Positions 1 through 10,888 of a stretch of DNA of 64,000 bases are shown here, one piece after another (within the stretch, counting starts at the first letter, position 1; every line of letters starts with the position of its first letter). The stretch comes from Pseudomonadota bacterium (GTDB taxonomy: Bacteria; Desulfobacterota; Desulfobacteria; Desulfobacterales; RPRI01). The notes under the pieces are model-generated. The model had not been told where the DNA came from. It saw only the letters and a program-made list of their open reading frames with translations, and did no database searches. The DNA is taken from assembly GCA_043825875.1 (NCBI GenBank), contig JBDRRF010000035.1, positions 17,751 through 81,750 of the forward strand, written 5' to 3'. The position numbers were made by a program, and so were the translations under genes.

Positions 1-371
1 GCTCTGATATTTTCAGACTTGCTTACATCCATGCAAATTCTTTTTTCTACTCCGGTAACCATAAGCTCATCATTTGATGCGTCAAAAATTAGGTGCTTTA
101 ATTTAACGGTTTTCTCATTAACTTCTTCAAGTTGTGTAATAATTCTTACAGTCTGATGATATCTGCCGGGCTTTGAATAAATGCAGGAAGTTTCGGTAAG
201 CCCAAAGCCTAATTGCCTTTGTTTTGAAAGTATACTCAGATCCAAACCTATAGATTCAAAAAATAGATGGCTGCTGGCATCCATCCATTCGTAATAGCGC
301 GGATAAAAAACAATTCCCAAGGGATCAAGGTCACCCCACATGATTTTGCGTTCAACAATATTTGTTTTCAT
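1..371 (-). CDS. acyl-CoA thioesterase, 4-hydroxybenzoyl-CoA thioesterase/YbgC hot-dog family (3' end outside window)
   Basis: Manual translation from ATG at 371: MKTNIVERKIMWGDLDPLGIVFYPRYYEWMD...; the WGDxDxxGxVFYxRY motif is typical of 4HBT thioesterases; open to the window edge. Confidence 0.85.
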   Translation of the reverse strand, partial: MKTNIVERKIMWGDLDPLGIVFYPRYYEWMDASSHLFFESIGLDLSILSKQRQLGFGLTETSCIYSKPGRYHQTVRIITQLEEVNEKTVKLKHLIFDASNDELMVTGVEKRICMDVSKSENIR

Positions 372-561
372 AAAGATTATATTTTCTTATGCTAGTAACA
401 ATTACGGTTTTTTGCCATATGCAAAATCGTAAATTTATGCATCATACCAAATATTAAATAATTTGTTGCAAAATTTCTGTCAACATTTTAGTTATTGTTA
501 ATAGTAAGTTAAATATATAAAAATAATATATTTTCATGCACTCATATAAAAAGTTTATATT

Positions 562-1347
562 ATGAAAAAACATGTACCCCTTATTTTAATTTTGAGTTTT
601 GGTTTTTTATTTGTCGGGCATCTTTATAGCGGCGACATTTCCCAGCGCGATATACTTACTCAATATTCCACTATCAATGCATTGCTTGGAGGTGTTTATG
701 ATGGGGAAATGACTATTAAGGATCTGAAACGGCATGGAGACTTCGGTTTGGGTACTTTTAACGCGTTGGATGGAGAAATGTTTGTAGTTGACGGACATTA
801 CTACCAGATAACTTCGGATGGCAAGGCAAGAGAAGCTGATGAAAAAACACGCACACCATTTGCCGCGGTTACTTTTTTTGAGTCGGACAAGAAAGCCGAT
901 CTTCATTCAGATATGGATTTTGATTCTTTTACCAGGAAAATAGATGAAACAATTATTACTCCGAACATTTTTTATGCTATAAAAATTAAAGGCAAATTCA
1001 AAGCCATTAAGACAAGAAGTGTTCCTAAGCAAGTCAAGCCTTACAAGCCTTTAAAAGAAATTGTCGACACCCAGCCGATATTTTATTTTAGTAAAACAAG
1101 AGGCACTATAGTAGGCTTTCGTTGCCCTTCATATGTTAAAAATATAAACGTTCCCGGCTATCACCTGCATTTTATAACTGAAGATTGCAAAGCAGGAGGG
1201 CATGTCCTTGATTTTGTCGTTGATAAAGCTGTCCTTGAAATTGATGAAACGTCAGGATTTTCATTGCTTCTCCCGCAAAACAAGGCGTTTTACAACTCTG
1301 ACTTGTCTTTGGACAAACAGTCTGACTTAGAGAAGGTAGAAAAATAG
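562..1347 (+). CDS. budA: alpha-acetolactate decarboxylase family protein with N-terminal signal peptide
   Basis: QYSTINALLGGVYDG, HGDFGLGTFNALDGE, GYHLHF and GGHVLD motifs; hydrophobic N-terminus. Confidence 0.9.
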   Translation: MKKHVPLILILSFGFLFVGHLYSGDISQRDILTQYSTINALLGGVYDGEMTIKDLKRHGDFGLGTFNALDGEMFVVDGHYYQITSDGKAREADEKTRTPFAAVTFFESDKKADLHSDMDFDSFTRKIDETIITPNIFYAIKIKGKFKAIKTRSVPKQVKPYKPLKEIVDTQPIFYFSKTRGTIVGFRCPSYVKNINVPGYHLHFITEDCKAGGHVLDFVVDKAVLEIDETSGFSLLLPQNKAFYNSDLSLDKQSDLEKVEK

Positions 1348-1418
1348 CTCTTTGCTGGAAAGAACCTTATGTTTCTGTATTAAGGTTATTGTTATATAAA
1401 TGAGCAGGAAATATTTTT

Positions 1419-2807
1419 ATGATACGAAAGGCAACAGAAAAGATAAATAAGAAATCATTAAACTGCGATTCACAAAACATTGGGCTTGCTCTTTTTACCG
1501 ATCTTTACGAACTTACTATGATGCAAGCCTATTTTGAAGAGAACATGACCAAAGATGCGGTCTTCAGCCTTTTTGTTCGTAGGTTGCCTGAAAAACGAAA
1601 TTTTTTGATTTCCTGTGGGCTTGATACAGTTCTTGATTTTTTAGAAAATATTCGCTTTTATGATGATGATATCAAGTATCTGGCTTCGCTTGGTAAGTTT
1701 TCTAACAGTTTTCTTTCCATGCTGCATGATTTTCGCTTTACCGGCGATGTTTATGCCATGCAGGAGGGCACGCCTGTATTTGCCAATGAACCTATGATAG
1801 AGATTGTTGCACCTATATCGCAGGCACAGATCGTAGAAACCTTTATCATGAATCAGATTCATCTACAGACTTTGCTTGCATCAAAAGCCTATCGCGTTGT
1901 TAACGCAGCAAAAGGACGCACAGTGGTTGACTTTGGAACCCGCCGGATACACGGTATCGATGCCGCCCTTAAAGCAGCCCGCGCTTTCTATATCAGCGGA
2001 GTAGCGGCAACCTCCAATGTTCTTGCAGGAAAGAAATACGGGATACCAGTTGCAGGAACTATGGCACACAGTTATATTCAGGCGCATGAAGATGAAGCCG
2101 GTGCTTTTCAGGCTTTTGTTAAACACTACCCGGACACGGTACTACTTGTAGATACTTACGATACCATTGCAGGTACGCAAAAGGTAATAGATCTTGCAAA
2201 AATGCTTGGCAAAAATTTTAAAGTCAGAGCCCTGCGGCTTGATTCAGGTAATCTGCACAAACTTTCTTGCGATGTCAGGCAAATGCTCAACAATGCAGCT
2301 TTAAATAATGTAGAGATCTTTGCAAGCGGTGGTTTAGATGAATATTCAATAGCAAAACTTGTATCGTCAAAAGCACCGATTGACGGCTTTGGTGTGGGCA
2401 CTAGTATGGGCGTTTCAAGTGATGTGCCTGATCTTGATATTGTTTATAAACTCTGTCTTTATGCCGGTAAAGGACGGCTTAAGTTATCAACCGGCAAGCC
2501 GGTTCTTCCCGGTCGAAAACAGGTTTTCCGTATTTCGGAAGGCAAAGAAGATATACGCGATGTGATAACCCGCGCCGATGAAAATTTCGAAGGCAGACCA
2601 CTTCTCATACCGGTAATGAAAAAAGGCAGGCGCCTGCCTGAAACTACTTTTGATCTTAATTGCATACGAAACTATACAAAAAAACAGGTCGCCCGTTTAC
2701 CTGCAAAGATAAGAGCAATAGCTAAGGTTGATTTTCCCTACCCTGTTGATGTCAGTAAAAAGCTTTCCGATTATCAAAAGAAGGTTGAGCAAGATATTGC
2801 CAACTGA
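1419..2807 (+). CDS. pncB: nicotinate phosphoribosyltransferase
   Basis: LFTDLYELTM, DFGTRR, GTMAHS, LVDTYD, RLDSG motifs. Confidence 0.95.
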   Translation: MIRKATEKINKKSLNCDSQNIGLALFTDLYELTMMQAYFEENMTKDAVFSLFVRRLPEKRNFLISCGLDTVLDFLENIRFYDDDIKYLASLGKFSNSFLSMLHDFRFTGDVYAMQEGTPVFANEPMIEIVAPISQAQIVETFIMNQIHLQTLLASKAYRVVNAAKGRTVVDFGTRRIHGIDAALKAARAFYISGVAATSNVLAGKKYGIPVAGTMAHSYIQAHEDEAGAFQAFVKHYPDTVLLVDTYDTIAGTQKVIDLAKMLGKNFKVRALRLDSGNLHKLSCDVRQMLNNAALNNVEIFASGGLDEYSIAKLVSSKAPIDGFGVGTSMGVSSDVPDLDIVYKLCLYAGKGRLKLSTGKPVLPGRKQVFRISEGKEDIRDVITRADENFEGRPLLIPVMKKGRRLPETTFDLNCIRNYTKKQVARLPAKIRAIAKVDFPYPVDVSKKLSDYQKKVEQDIAN

Positions 2808-2823
2808 CAGGGTAGTAAATATA

Positions 2824-2878
2824 AAAATTTGAGCCCAACGCAGAGATCGGCCAAAATGGGGCGTTTTGAAACTGACTC
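2824..2878 (-). repeat. partial (one-end) copy of the MITE at 12143-12284
   Basis: 55 bp equal the reverse complement of 12143-12197 with 2 mismatches. Confidence 0.9.
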
Positions 2879-2939
2879 TTGTATAAAAGCCGATTTGCAA
2901 ACAAGAGCGTATGCAAAGATTGTTTAGAGGAGCAAAGTT

Positions 2940-3506
2940 ATGACCAACATAAGACATGCCATGGAACCGGGTGATGCTTTGATAATAGTTGATGTTCAAA
3001 ATGATTTCTGCCCCGGCGGTTTGCTTCCGATTAAAGATGGCCATATGATTGTTCCTGTAATTAACCAATGGATCGAAGCAGCCGTTGAAAATAACATACC
3101 CGTATATGTCTCACGAGACTGGCATCCTGTTGGGCACTTAAGCTTTAAAGACAGTGGAGGGCTTTGGCCGCCCCACTGTATCCAGGATAGCGATGGCGCA
3201 AGATTTCATCCGAATCTTAAGTTACCTGACTCTGCAATAATGATTACTAAAGGTGTGCGCTTTGATCAGGACCAGAATTCGGTTTTTGACCAGACAGGGT
3301 TTGCCTTTAAGCTTAAAAAAGACGGCATCAAGCGGCTGTTGGTTTCCGGTCTTGCCGAAGATGTCTGTGTTCTGGCGACAGTTACAGATGCTTGCAAAGA
3401 AGGCTTTGAAACAATACTTATCGCAAATGCTACAAAGCCGGTTACCCAAAAAGGCGGTAAAGAAGCGCGTCAGAAAATGCAGGATGCCGGAGTGAATTTT
3501 GTATAA
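2940..3506 (+). CDS. pncA: nicotinamidase/pyrazinamidase (isochorismatase family)
   Basis: VDVQNDFCPGG, SRDWHP, WPPHC, GLAEDVCV motifs; adjacent to pncB. Confidence 0.92.
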   Translation: MTNIRHAMEPGDALIIVDVQNDFCPGGLLPIKDGHMIVPVINQWIEAAVENNIPVYVSRDWHPVGHLSFKDSGGLWPPHCIQDSDGARFHPNLKLPDSAIMITKGVRFDQDQNSVFDQTGFAFKLKKDGIKRLLVSGLAEDVCVLATVTDACKEGFETILIANATKPVTQKGGKEARQKMQDAGVNFV

Positions 3507-3684
3507 TAAAAATGGATAGTTTTTTCTTAACCGAATACAATAGTTGCAATATAATATAAATAATACTTCTCAAAATAATAATTAAATTGATTTTAGCGGC
3601 AAAAAAGCGTTAATATAATAGTGATTAAAAAGATAACATGATTAAATAGTTATAAAGTACAATCAGTCCGTTCGGGAGGAAACA

Positions 3685-4107
3685 ATGACATTTAAAAATA
3701 TTCTTGTCCCTTGTGATCTTACCAAAAGCAGCCAAAAAGCACTTGATATAGCAATCTCTATGATTTTAAAAGATATGGGAGAAATTACGCTAATCCATGT
3801 GATTGAAAAGATAGAGGGCATTGAGGATGAAGATCTTATAAGCTTTTACCAAAAACTGAAAACCCGCGCTCAGAAGAAAATGGATGAAATAGCACTTGAA
3901 TATAAAAATCATGGCATTCCCGTTAAAACGGAAATTACAATTGGTAAACGAGTGCCGGATATTCTAAGGGCTGTTCAGGAACATAAAATTGATCTTATAA
4001 TTTTAAAATCACATAAGATAGAAGAAGTTCGCACAGGCGAAGGTTGGGCCACTATAAGTTACAAGATTGCGATATTAGCTCCATGCCCTGTGATGATGGT
4101 TAAATAA
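3685..4107 (+). CDS. universal stress protein (UspA family)
   Basis: FKNILVPCD N-terminus, IDLIIL...APCPVMMVK C-terminus; GGGAGG RBS. Confidence 0.9.
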   Translation: MTFKNILVPCDLTKSSQKALDIAISMILKDMGEITLIHVIEKIEGIEDEDLISFYQKLKTRAQKKMDEIALEYKNHGIPVKTEITIGKRVPDILRAVQEHKIDLIILKSHKIEEVRTGEGWATISYKIAILAPCPVMMVK

Positions 4108-4139
4108 AAGTTTATAGCTTGTTATGAGGGATTTGGTTT

Positions 4140-6992
4140 ATGCCCAAAAAATTCGTAATCGGAACACTTGCTTTTATTGTTGTTTATACCGTTTTCGGAT
4201 TTTTTATTCTTCCTTCCATTCTAAAGTCCATACTAACCAAAAACCTTACTGAAAGACTCCACCGCACAGTCTCAATTGAGGATATAAAAACCAATCCTTA
4301 CATAATATCTGCTAAGGTAAAAGGCCTGGTCATTAAAGATCAGCAGAATCAGGATATATTTGCATCAATAGCCGAACTCTATATAAATGCTCAGATTGAA
4401 TCCTTGCTAAAAAGAGCTTTAGTTATTAAAGAAATAAGTGTATCCAAACCCTATATAAACATAATACATAATGCTTCACAGCAATATAATTTTTCAGACC
4501 TTATTCAGGAAAACGGCGCAAAAGAGGATACAAAAAAAGAGTCTTTCAGATTTTTTTTAGGAAATATCCAGGTGTCGGGCGGGCAAATTAATTTTCTTGA
4601 TTTACCTAAGAACAAGCAGCATAAAGTTTCAGATATTTCTTTTGCTCTTCCGTTTTTATCCAATATGAAAAAAAGTGCCGATATATTTGTGCAACCGTAT
4701 TTCAGAGCAAACATAAATGGCACTCCCCTTGTAATCGAAGGCAAATCAAAACCATTTGCCGGAAGTCTTGAAACTGTTTTTAATATCAATCTAAAAGGGA
4801 TCCAGATCCCAAACTATATGGATTATCTGCCGAAGGAAATAGAGGTTAAGATACCATCGGGAACTCTTGATGTTCAGGCAAACATTGCATATATCCAGCC
4901 CCAGGACAAAACTCCTGCTTTTCATGTTTCCGGCGCATTAGGACTAAACAACCTAAAAATTTATGATACAAAAGATCTCCCGCTTATCTTTCTTTCCGGT
5001 CTTTCGATCAAAATTGCCGACATTGCGTTTCCTGAAAGAAATGCACATCTGTCCGGCATTGATATTACATCTCCTGAATTATATATCAGGCGTGATAAAT
5101 CAGGTAAGATAAATTTAAATGCTATTATACGGAAAATAAACACTCAGGAAACTGAAGCAAAAACTGAAAGCCAACCGTTTCCAATTCAAATAGACCAGGT
5201 TAAGCTTAAATCCGGTAGCTTCTACTTTTCAGATGAGTCAACTTCAGACCCCGTTAATCTTGTAGCCGATAATCTGGACATAAGTGCCCACAACATAGAT
5301 ACAGCAAAGGGCGGTATGGCAGAGCTTTCCTGCAGGTTGAACAAGAAGGGTATGATTTCAACAAAGGCAACATTTGCAATAGACCCATTAAAATGTGATG
5401 CCGAGGTAAGTATAGAAGGAATGGAACCGGCATGGGTGCAGTCCTATTTCACTGATCAGATACGCATAATTGTGACAAAAGGGCGTGTATCAACCAAAGG
5501 CACTTTTACAATGAAACAGGACAATATGAAAAATCCGCAAATTTCATATAAAGGAAGTGCCGCACTTTCTGATTTTGCTTCTGTAGATAAAGAGAATAAT
5601 GATGACTTTTTCAAAATAAATGCGCTTAACTTTAATGCTCTTGATGCAGGTTTTAACCCAACCTATGTTGATATTAAAGAAATATCTCTGAAAGATTTTT
5701 TTGCCGGCATTGTCGTAAATGCTGATGGGAAGCTCAACTTAAGCAATGTGGTTAAACAGGATCAGAATAGTACTATACCCAAGAAAGAGGAGAACAATAA
5801 AAGCATTGAAAAAATACGGATCGGCAAAGTTTCGCTCAAGAACGGTAACATCAGGTTTGTTGACAGGAGCATCAACCCAAACTTTTCAACGGAACTTGTA
5901 AATATCAAAGGATCAATTACAGGACTGACGTCGCGGGAAACGGAAGTTGCAAAGGTTGAATTGTCAGGTAAGCTTGAAAACACTTCTCCTTTGTCGATCA
6001 CCGGCAGCATAAACCCGCTAAAAGATGATCTTTTTGTGGATTTGCATACAAGTTTTAAAGACATAGATTTAAGCTCAGAATCGCCTTATTCCGGGAAATA
6101 TATAGGATATACAATAAACAAGGGTAAACTTTCTCTTAACCTGAAATACCTCATTAATAAAAAGAAGCTCGATTCGCAAAATGATGTTTTTATCGATCAG
6201 TTTACTTTCGGCAATTCTGTTGACAGCCCGGATGCTACCAGTTTGCCTGTTAGCCTTGCAGTTTCCCTGCTAAAGGATTATCAAGGCAAAATAAATCTCA
6301 ACTTGCCTGTTTCAGGAAGAACTGATGACCCGGAATTCAGCGTATGGAAAGTTATTGTTAAAATACTTGTCAATCTTGTTGGAAAGGCTGCAACTTCTCC
6401 TTTTTCACTTCTTACTTCATTATATCCCGGCGCAGATCAGCTAAGCAATGTGAACTTTGATTTTGGAACGGCTGCTCTTTCCCCACAGAGTGAAGGCAAG
6501 CTTCAACTTCTTAAAAAGATATTAACGGACAAACCGTCAGTGTCCCTTGAGGTAAAAGGATATGCCGACAAGGATAAAGACCGGCAGGCCATTATTCAAT
6601 ATTTATTTGAAAAGAAATTAAAGGCCCAGAAACTCATAAAAATGATCAAATCAGGTCAGCCTGCGATTGAAGTGGATAAAATTACCATTTCACCTGATGA
6701 ATATGAATTATATCTGAAAGAAGCATATCGGGCGGAAACATTACCAAAGCCGAAAACTACCAAAGACAATCCTGCTGTACCGGAGATGAAAAAGTTAATC
6801 ATTGATCATATACAGGTAACAGAGAGTGATCTGAAATTTCTTGCAAAACAACGCGCCAAGCAGGTGAAAAATTTTCTGCAAAAATCACAGCAGATCAACC
6901 CTGAAAGAATATTTTTAGTTGAAGCTGAGTTAATCTCTAAAGAAAAATCCGAAGGTGCTGGAGCTGCGTATGTAGGACTTAATCTTAAATAG
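4140..6992 (+). CDS. DUF748 (AsmA-like) membrane-anchored protein with C-terminal OmpA-like segment
   Basis: N-terminal TM anchor, repeated beta-rich units, SLPVSLAVSLLKD...INLNLPVSG..DDPEFS motif, LAKQRAKQVKNFL tail. Confidence 0.8.
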   Translation: MPKKFVIGTLAFIVVYTVFGFFILPSILKSILTKNLTERLHRTVSIEDIKTNPYIISAKVKGLVIKDQQNQDIFASIAELYINAQIESLLKRALVIKEISVSKPYINIIHNASQQYNFSDLIQENGAKEDTKKESFRFFLGNIQVSGGQINFLDLPKNKQHKVSDISFALPFLSNMKKSADIFVQPYFRANINGTPLVIEGKSKPFAGSLETVFNINLKGIQIPNYMDYLPKEIEVKIPSGTLDVQANIAYIQPQDKTPAFHVSGALGLNNLKIYDTKDLPLIFLSGLSIKIADIAFPERNAHLSGIDITSPELYIRRDKSGKINLNAIIRKINTQETEAKTESQPFPIQIDQVKLKSGSFYFSDESTSDPVNLVADNLDISAHNIDTAKGGMAELSCRLNKKGMISTKATFAIDPLKCDAEVSIEGMEPAWVQSYFTDQIRIIVTKGRVSTKGTFTMKQDNMKNPQISYKGSAALSDFASVDKENNDDFFKINALNFNALDAGFNPTYVDIKEISLKDFFAGIVVNADGKLNLSNVVKQDQNSTIPKKEENNKSIEKIRIGKVSLKNGNIRFVDRSINPNFSTELVNIKGSITGLTSRETEVAKVELSGKLENTSPLSITGSINPLKDDLFVDLHTSFKDIDLSSESPYSGKYIGYTINKGKLSLNLKYLINKKKLDSQNDVFIDQFTFGNSVDSPDATSLPVSLAVSLLKDYQGKINLNLPVSGRTDDPEFSVWKVIVKILVNLVGKAATSPFSLLTSLYPGADQLSNVNFDFGTAALSPQSEGKLQLLKKILTDKPSVSLEVKGYADKDKDRQAIIQYLFEKKLKAQKLIKMIKSGQPAIEVDKITISPDEYELYLKEAYRAETLPKPKTTKDNPAVPEMKKLIIDHIQVTESDLKFLAKQRAKQVKNFLQKSQQINPERIFLVEAELISKEKSEGAGAAYVGLNLK

Positions 6993-7035
6993 AAGAGCCA
7001 ACTAAATAAATACGATATATATAAGGAAATGATTC

Positions 7036-8373
7036 ATGAAAGGTCTGTTGAAAAAGGCTGCTGGAATTATTGATTTTATAAGAGAAGATGTATGGAGAAT
7101 ACGTATAAAGGATCTTAATATTATAAAGCGTTTTATTCTCAAAGGATTAAGAATCATCATTATCGCAGCAAAAGAATTTGTTTATGACAAATGTCCGCTT
7201 CGAGCCTCCGCCCTTACTTATTACTCGCTTCTTTCCGTAGTTCCGGTTGCGGCAATGGCATTTGCTATTGCCAAGGGATTCAGATTACAAAAACTTCTTG
7301 AAGAACAGCTTATGGAAAAGTTTTCCGGTCAGGAAGTAATGGTAATGCAGATATTGGAATTCTCCAATAATATGCTTAAAAATACCAAGGGTGGAGTTAT
7401 CGCTGGTGTGGGTGTGGTAGTACTTCTATGGGCTGTTATAAATGTTTTAAGTCAGATAGAAGACACCTTTAATGATATCTCAGGAGTTAAAAAGTCTCGT
7501 TCTTTTGGAAGAAAATTCAGTGATTATCTTTCTTTATTTATGTTTGGTCCTCTTCTTTTAATCATGTCAAGCAGTGCAATGGTATTGATTTCTACAAATC
7601 TTCCACAGATAACACAAAAAATAGCTATACTGGGTATATTCACTCCGCTTGTTGCAATTACTATAAAAATGCTTCCATATTGTTTTATATGGGTACTTTT
7701 TACTTTTATTTATATCTTCATGCCTAATCAAAAGGTGCCTTTTGTTTCCGGTCTTATTGCAGGAATTGTTGCAGGAACAATTTTTGTTGTTGTCCAAAAG
7801 TTTTATATATTTTTCCAGGTTGGAGTATCAAAATACAATACCATTTACGGCAGTTTTGCGGCGCTTCCCTTGTTCTTGCTATGGTTGCAGCTAAGCTGGT
7901 TTATAATGCTTTTCGGTGCTGAAATATCTTTTGCACACCAAAATGTAGATGCCTATGAGTTTGAGCCGGACAGAAAAAATATCAGTCCTTTATTTAGAAA
8001 ACTATTAAGCCTGCAGATCAGCCATATGCTTGTCATGAATTTCATTCAGGGTGAAAAGCCCGTAACAGTTAACCAAATATGTAATACTCTCGATATCCCG
8101 ATCCGGCTTGTTCAGGAAATTTTAAATGATCTTATTGCTTGCGGTCTGATATCTGATACTACATCCGAAGGCAATTGCGGAACCGCTTATCAGCCTGCCC
8201 GCGATATAAACGACTTTTCCGTTTCTTTTATTATTAATGCTCTCGAAAATAACGGCATCGATACAATTCCAACTGCACGTACGGATTCCTTTAATTCTCT
8301 ATCCAAAAGATTGAAAGCTTTCGCTGAAACCATAGAAAAATCGCCATCAAACACTTTGCTGAAAAATATTTGA
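7036..8373 (+). CDS. YihY/virulence factor BrkB family membrane protein with C-terminal winged-helix domain
   Basis: RASALTYYSLLSVVP and YNTIYGSFAALPLFLLWLQLSW motifs; multiple TM helices. Confidence 0.88.
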   Translation: MKGLLKKAAGIIDFIREDVWRIRIKDLNIIKRFILKGLRIIIIAAKEFVYDKCPLRASALTYYSLLSVVPVAAMAFAIAKGFRLQKLLEEQLMEKFSGQEVMVMQILEFSNNMLKNTKGGVIAGVGVVVLLWAVINVLSQIEDTFNDISGVKKSRSFGRKFSDYLSLFMFGPLLLIMSSSAMVLISTNLPQITQKIAILGIFTPLVAITIKMLPYCFIWVLFTFIYIFMPNQKVPFVSGLIAGIVAGTIFVVVQKFYIFFQVGVSKYNTIYGSFAALPLFLLWLQLSWFIMLFGAEISFAHQNVDAYEFEPDRKNISPLFRKLLSLQISHMLVMNFIQGEKPVTVNQICNTLDIPIRLVQEILNDLIACGLISDTTSEGNCGTAYQPARDINDFSVSFIINALENNGIDTIPTARTDSFNSLSKRLKAFAETIEKSPSNTLLKNI

Positions 8374-8590
8374 TTCGTGTAACCTTTTGTTCCTTTTAAT
8401 TCCGGCATGGTTTGACTCGATTCTCGAAAAATGAGCCGTTTTACCAAAACAATGCGCAGGCTATAAAAAAACAATTTACGGGCTTATTTGTAAAGCTGTC
8501 AATTTTGTTTACTTGTGCTAAACGGACAGGTATGTTATCAGGCCGTTGTCTGACAGGAAAATTTATTTTTATTGGAGACTAATATAAAAA

Positions 8591-9997
8591 ATGGATACCG
8601 TTATTACCCGCTTTCCGCCAAGTCCTACAGGTTATTTGCATGTAGGCGGCGCCAGAACCGCTTTGTTTAACTGGCTTTATGCGCGTCATATGAAAGGGCG
8701 CTTTGTGTTAAGAATTGAAGACACAGATACCCAGCGCTCAACTCAGGCTTCTGTTGATGCAATATTTGAAGCAATGGAATGGCTTGGCATCGACTGGGAT
8801 GAAGGCCCCTACTTTCAATCTAAACGATTTGATATTTATCTGGAATATATACAAAAGCTGATTGACTCAAAGAATGCATACTATTGCACATGCTCGCCTG
8901 AAAAACTGGATGAAATGCGAGCGGCCGCTATGGCAAGCGGTAAAAAGCCTAAGTATGACGGCACATGCAGGGATAAAGGCTTGGGGAAAACTGATAATGC
9001 CGTTGTCCGCATAAAGGCTCCTCTTGATGGGACAACTGTTGTGCGCGATGTCATAAAAAACAATATTGTTTTTCAGAACACTGAACTTGATGATTTTATA
9101 ATCTGTAGAAGTGATGGAACTCCTACATACAATCTTGCTGTAGTTGTAGATGATATAACTATGTCCATTAATACTATCATCAGGGGCGATGACCATGTCA
9201 ACAATACGCCAAAGCAGATCATTATATACAATGCTCTCGGGCATCCTTTGCCAACTTTCGGCCATGTTCCAATGGTGCTGGGAAGCGATAGAACCCGTTT
9301 GAGCAAAAGGCATGGTGCCATGTCTGTAACCGAATACAAAGATATGGGATATTTGCCTGATGCTTTCATCAATTATATTGCAAGACTTGGCTGGTCACAC
9401 GGTGATCAGGAGTTTTTTACCAGAGATGAGCTGATAGAAAAATTTTCGCTTGAAAATATAGGAAGATCAGCAGGGATTTTTGATATAAATAAGCTTCTTG
9501 CTTTAAATGCTGAGCATATAAAATTGACTGATCCCAAAAAAATCACAAGTCGTCTTGCTCCGTTTCTAAATAATCTTGGGTTTGAAATCAAAGAAGGACC
9601 TTTTATAGAAGGTGTAATAAAAACGCTTAATGCCCGAAGCAAAACTTTAAAAGAAATGGCTGAAAGCGCAGAGTTTTATTTTAAGGATACGATTTCATAT
9701 CAGCAGGATGCTGCTTCAAAATTTCTAACATCTGATTTTCTTGAAATTCTTAATACCCTTGTTTCTTTGCTTGAGACTCTTGAATCTTTTGATGAAAAAA
9801 GGCTTGAAAGTGTTTTTCTTAAAGTTATGGAACAAACCGGGCTCAAACTTGGAAAAATTGCACAGCCGGTTCGAGTAGCTTTAACCGGAAAGACAATCAG
9901 CCCAGGAATTTTTGAAATATTAAACATTCTTGGAAAAGAAAAATCACTTGAAAGGTTAAGGCAGGCGGTCTCATTTATCGAGGACAAAAAAAACTGA
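8591..9997 (+). CDS. gltX: glutamate--tRNA ligase
   Basis: RFPPSPTGYLHVGG (HIGH-like), LRIEDTD, RGDDH, RLSKR (KMSKS-like). Confidence 0.98.
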   Translation: MDTVITRFPPSPTGYLHVGGARTALFNWLYARHMKGRFVLRIEDTDTQRSTQASVDAIFEAMEWLGIDWDEGPYFQSKRFDIYLEYIQKLIDSKNAYYCTCSPEKLDEMRAAAMASGKKPKYDGTCRDKGLGKTDNAVVRIKAPLDGTTVVRDVIKNNIVFQNTELDDFIICRSDGTPTYNLAVVVDDITMSINTIIRGDDHVNNTPKQIIIYNALGHPLPTFGHVPMVLGSDRTRLSKRHGAMSVTEYKDMGYLPDAFINYIARLGWSHGDQEFFTRDELIEKFSLENIGRSAGIFDINKLLALNAEHIKLTDPKKITSRLAPFLNNLGFEIKEGPFIEGVIKTLNARSKTLKEMAESAEFYFKDTISYQQDAASKFLTSDFLEILNTLVSLLETLESFDEKRLESVFLKVMEQTGLKLGKIAQPVRVALTGKTISPGIFEILNILGKEKSLERLRQAVSFIEDKKN

Positions 9998-10025
9998 TTT
10001 TGCAACAATCTCCGGGAAAATTATC

Positions 10026-10054
10026 TTGACTATCATTTTCTCATTCAATAGTAT
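10026..10054 (+). promoter_or_regulatory. sigma70-type promoter of tRNA-Gln
   Basis: TTGACT-N17-TAGTAT about 55 nt upstream of the tRNA. Confidence 0.6.
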
Positions 10055-10108
10055 TGGCACGCTTGTTACGCATTGAAACAGGCTTAAGATTAAAGACATA
10101 AAACTAAA

Positions 10109-10182
10109 TGGGGGATGGTCTAGCGGCAGGACGACGGGTTCTGGCCCCGTTAACCCAGGTTCGAATCCTGGTCCCCCAGCCA
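10109..10182 (+). tRNA. tRNA-Gln (anticodon CTG)
   Basis: Acceptor TGGGGGA/TCCCCCA, anticodon arm ACGGG-TTCTGGC-CCCGT, T-arm CCAGG-TTCGAAT-CCTGG, encoded CCA. Confidence 0.97.
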
Positions 10183-10218
10183 TTTTTATTTTCTTCGTAA
10201 AAATTCCGTAGAACACCT

Positions 10219-10830
10219 TTATTTTTCAGCAATTTGTTTTAAATATGAGTCTATAATTTTCCCCGAACCTGTTCCGCAGGTAAGTATGGTTCTCATAGCT
10301 TCTTCTACTGAAATATCAACGTGATAAACGAATTCACTTTTAAGATGATATATATAACCGGATGTAGGGTTTGGAGATGTCGGAATAAAGACTGTATAAA
10401 TTCCATCCTTATGCGTATCGGTTATAAAACCTGTTAATAGAGAGCTGTTTTCATAGATTCTCACAAGAACAACCTCAGAGAAAGGAAACTTTTTTCCTAC
10501 TAACTGCATGACGGTTTCCTTGATAACAGAATAACCTGGTGCAACCTTGAGCATACGTTTTTCAAGACGTGTGTGTATGTATTGCCCTGCTTTAGTTTTA
10601 ACAATAACTCCAATAATGAAACAACCTATTATAATAAGGGCAATAATAAGCGCGTCGGCAATAAACTGGCTGAGATGAGATTGCGTAACAACAAGACTTG
10701 TGATGGGGCGTATAATATCTGTAACCCATCCGAACAGCCATTTTGTTACCATTACGAAAATGAACATGGGAAGAATAACCGTAATTCCACCGATAAGAGA
10801 TGTTTTAAAAAAGGATTTAAATCTTTCCAT
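10219..10830 (-). CDS. DUF502 domain membrane protein
   Basis: Two N-terminal TM helices; VFIPTSPNPTSG and DISVEEAM motifs. Confidence 0.88.
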   Translation of the reverse strand: MERFKSFFKTSLIGGITVILPMFIFVMVTKWLFGWVTDIIRPITSLVVTQSHLSQFIADALIIALIIIGCFIIGVIVKTKAGQYIHTRLEKRMLKVAPGYSVIKETVMQLVGKKFPFSEVVLVRIYENSSLLTGFITDTHKDGIYTVFIPTSPNPTSGYIYHLKSEFVYHVDISVEEAMRTILTCGTGSGKIIDSYLKQIAEK

Positions 10831-10888
10831 ATTTATCTTTCTTTCTTTAACCAGAAGTTATTTGCATCAATAATCCCTTTGGAATGTA

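Noticed and set aside
10109..10182. tRNA as integration site of an island
   Set aside because: No duplicate of its 3' end and no integrase seen in the window.
9971..10216. 81-aa minus-strand ORF
   Set aside because: Antisense shadow of tRNA-Gln.
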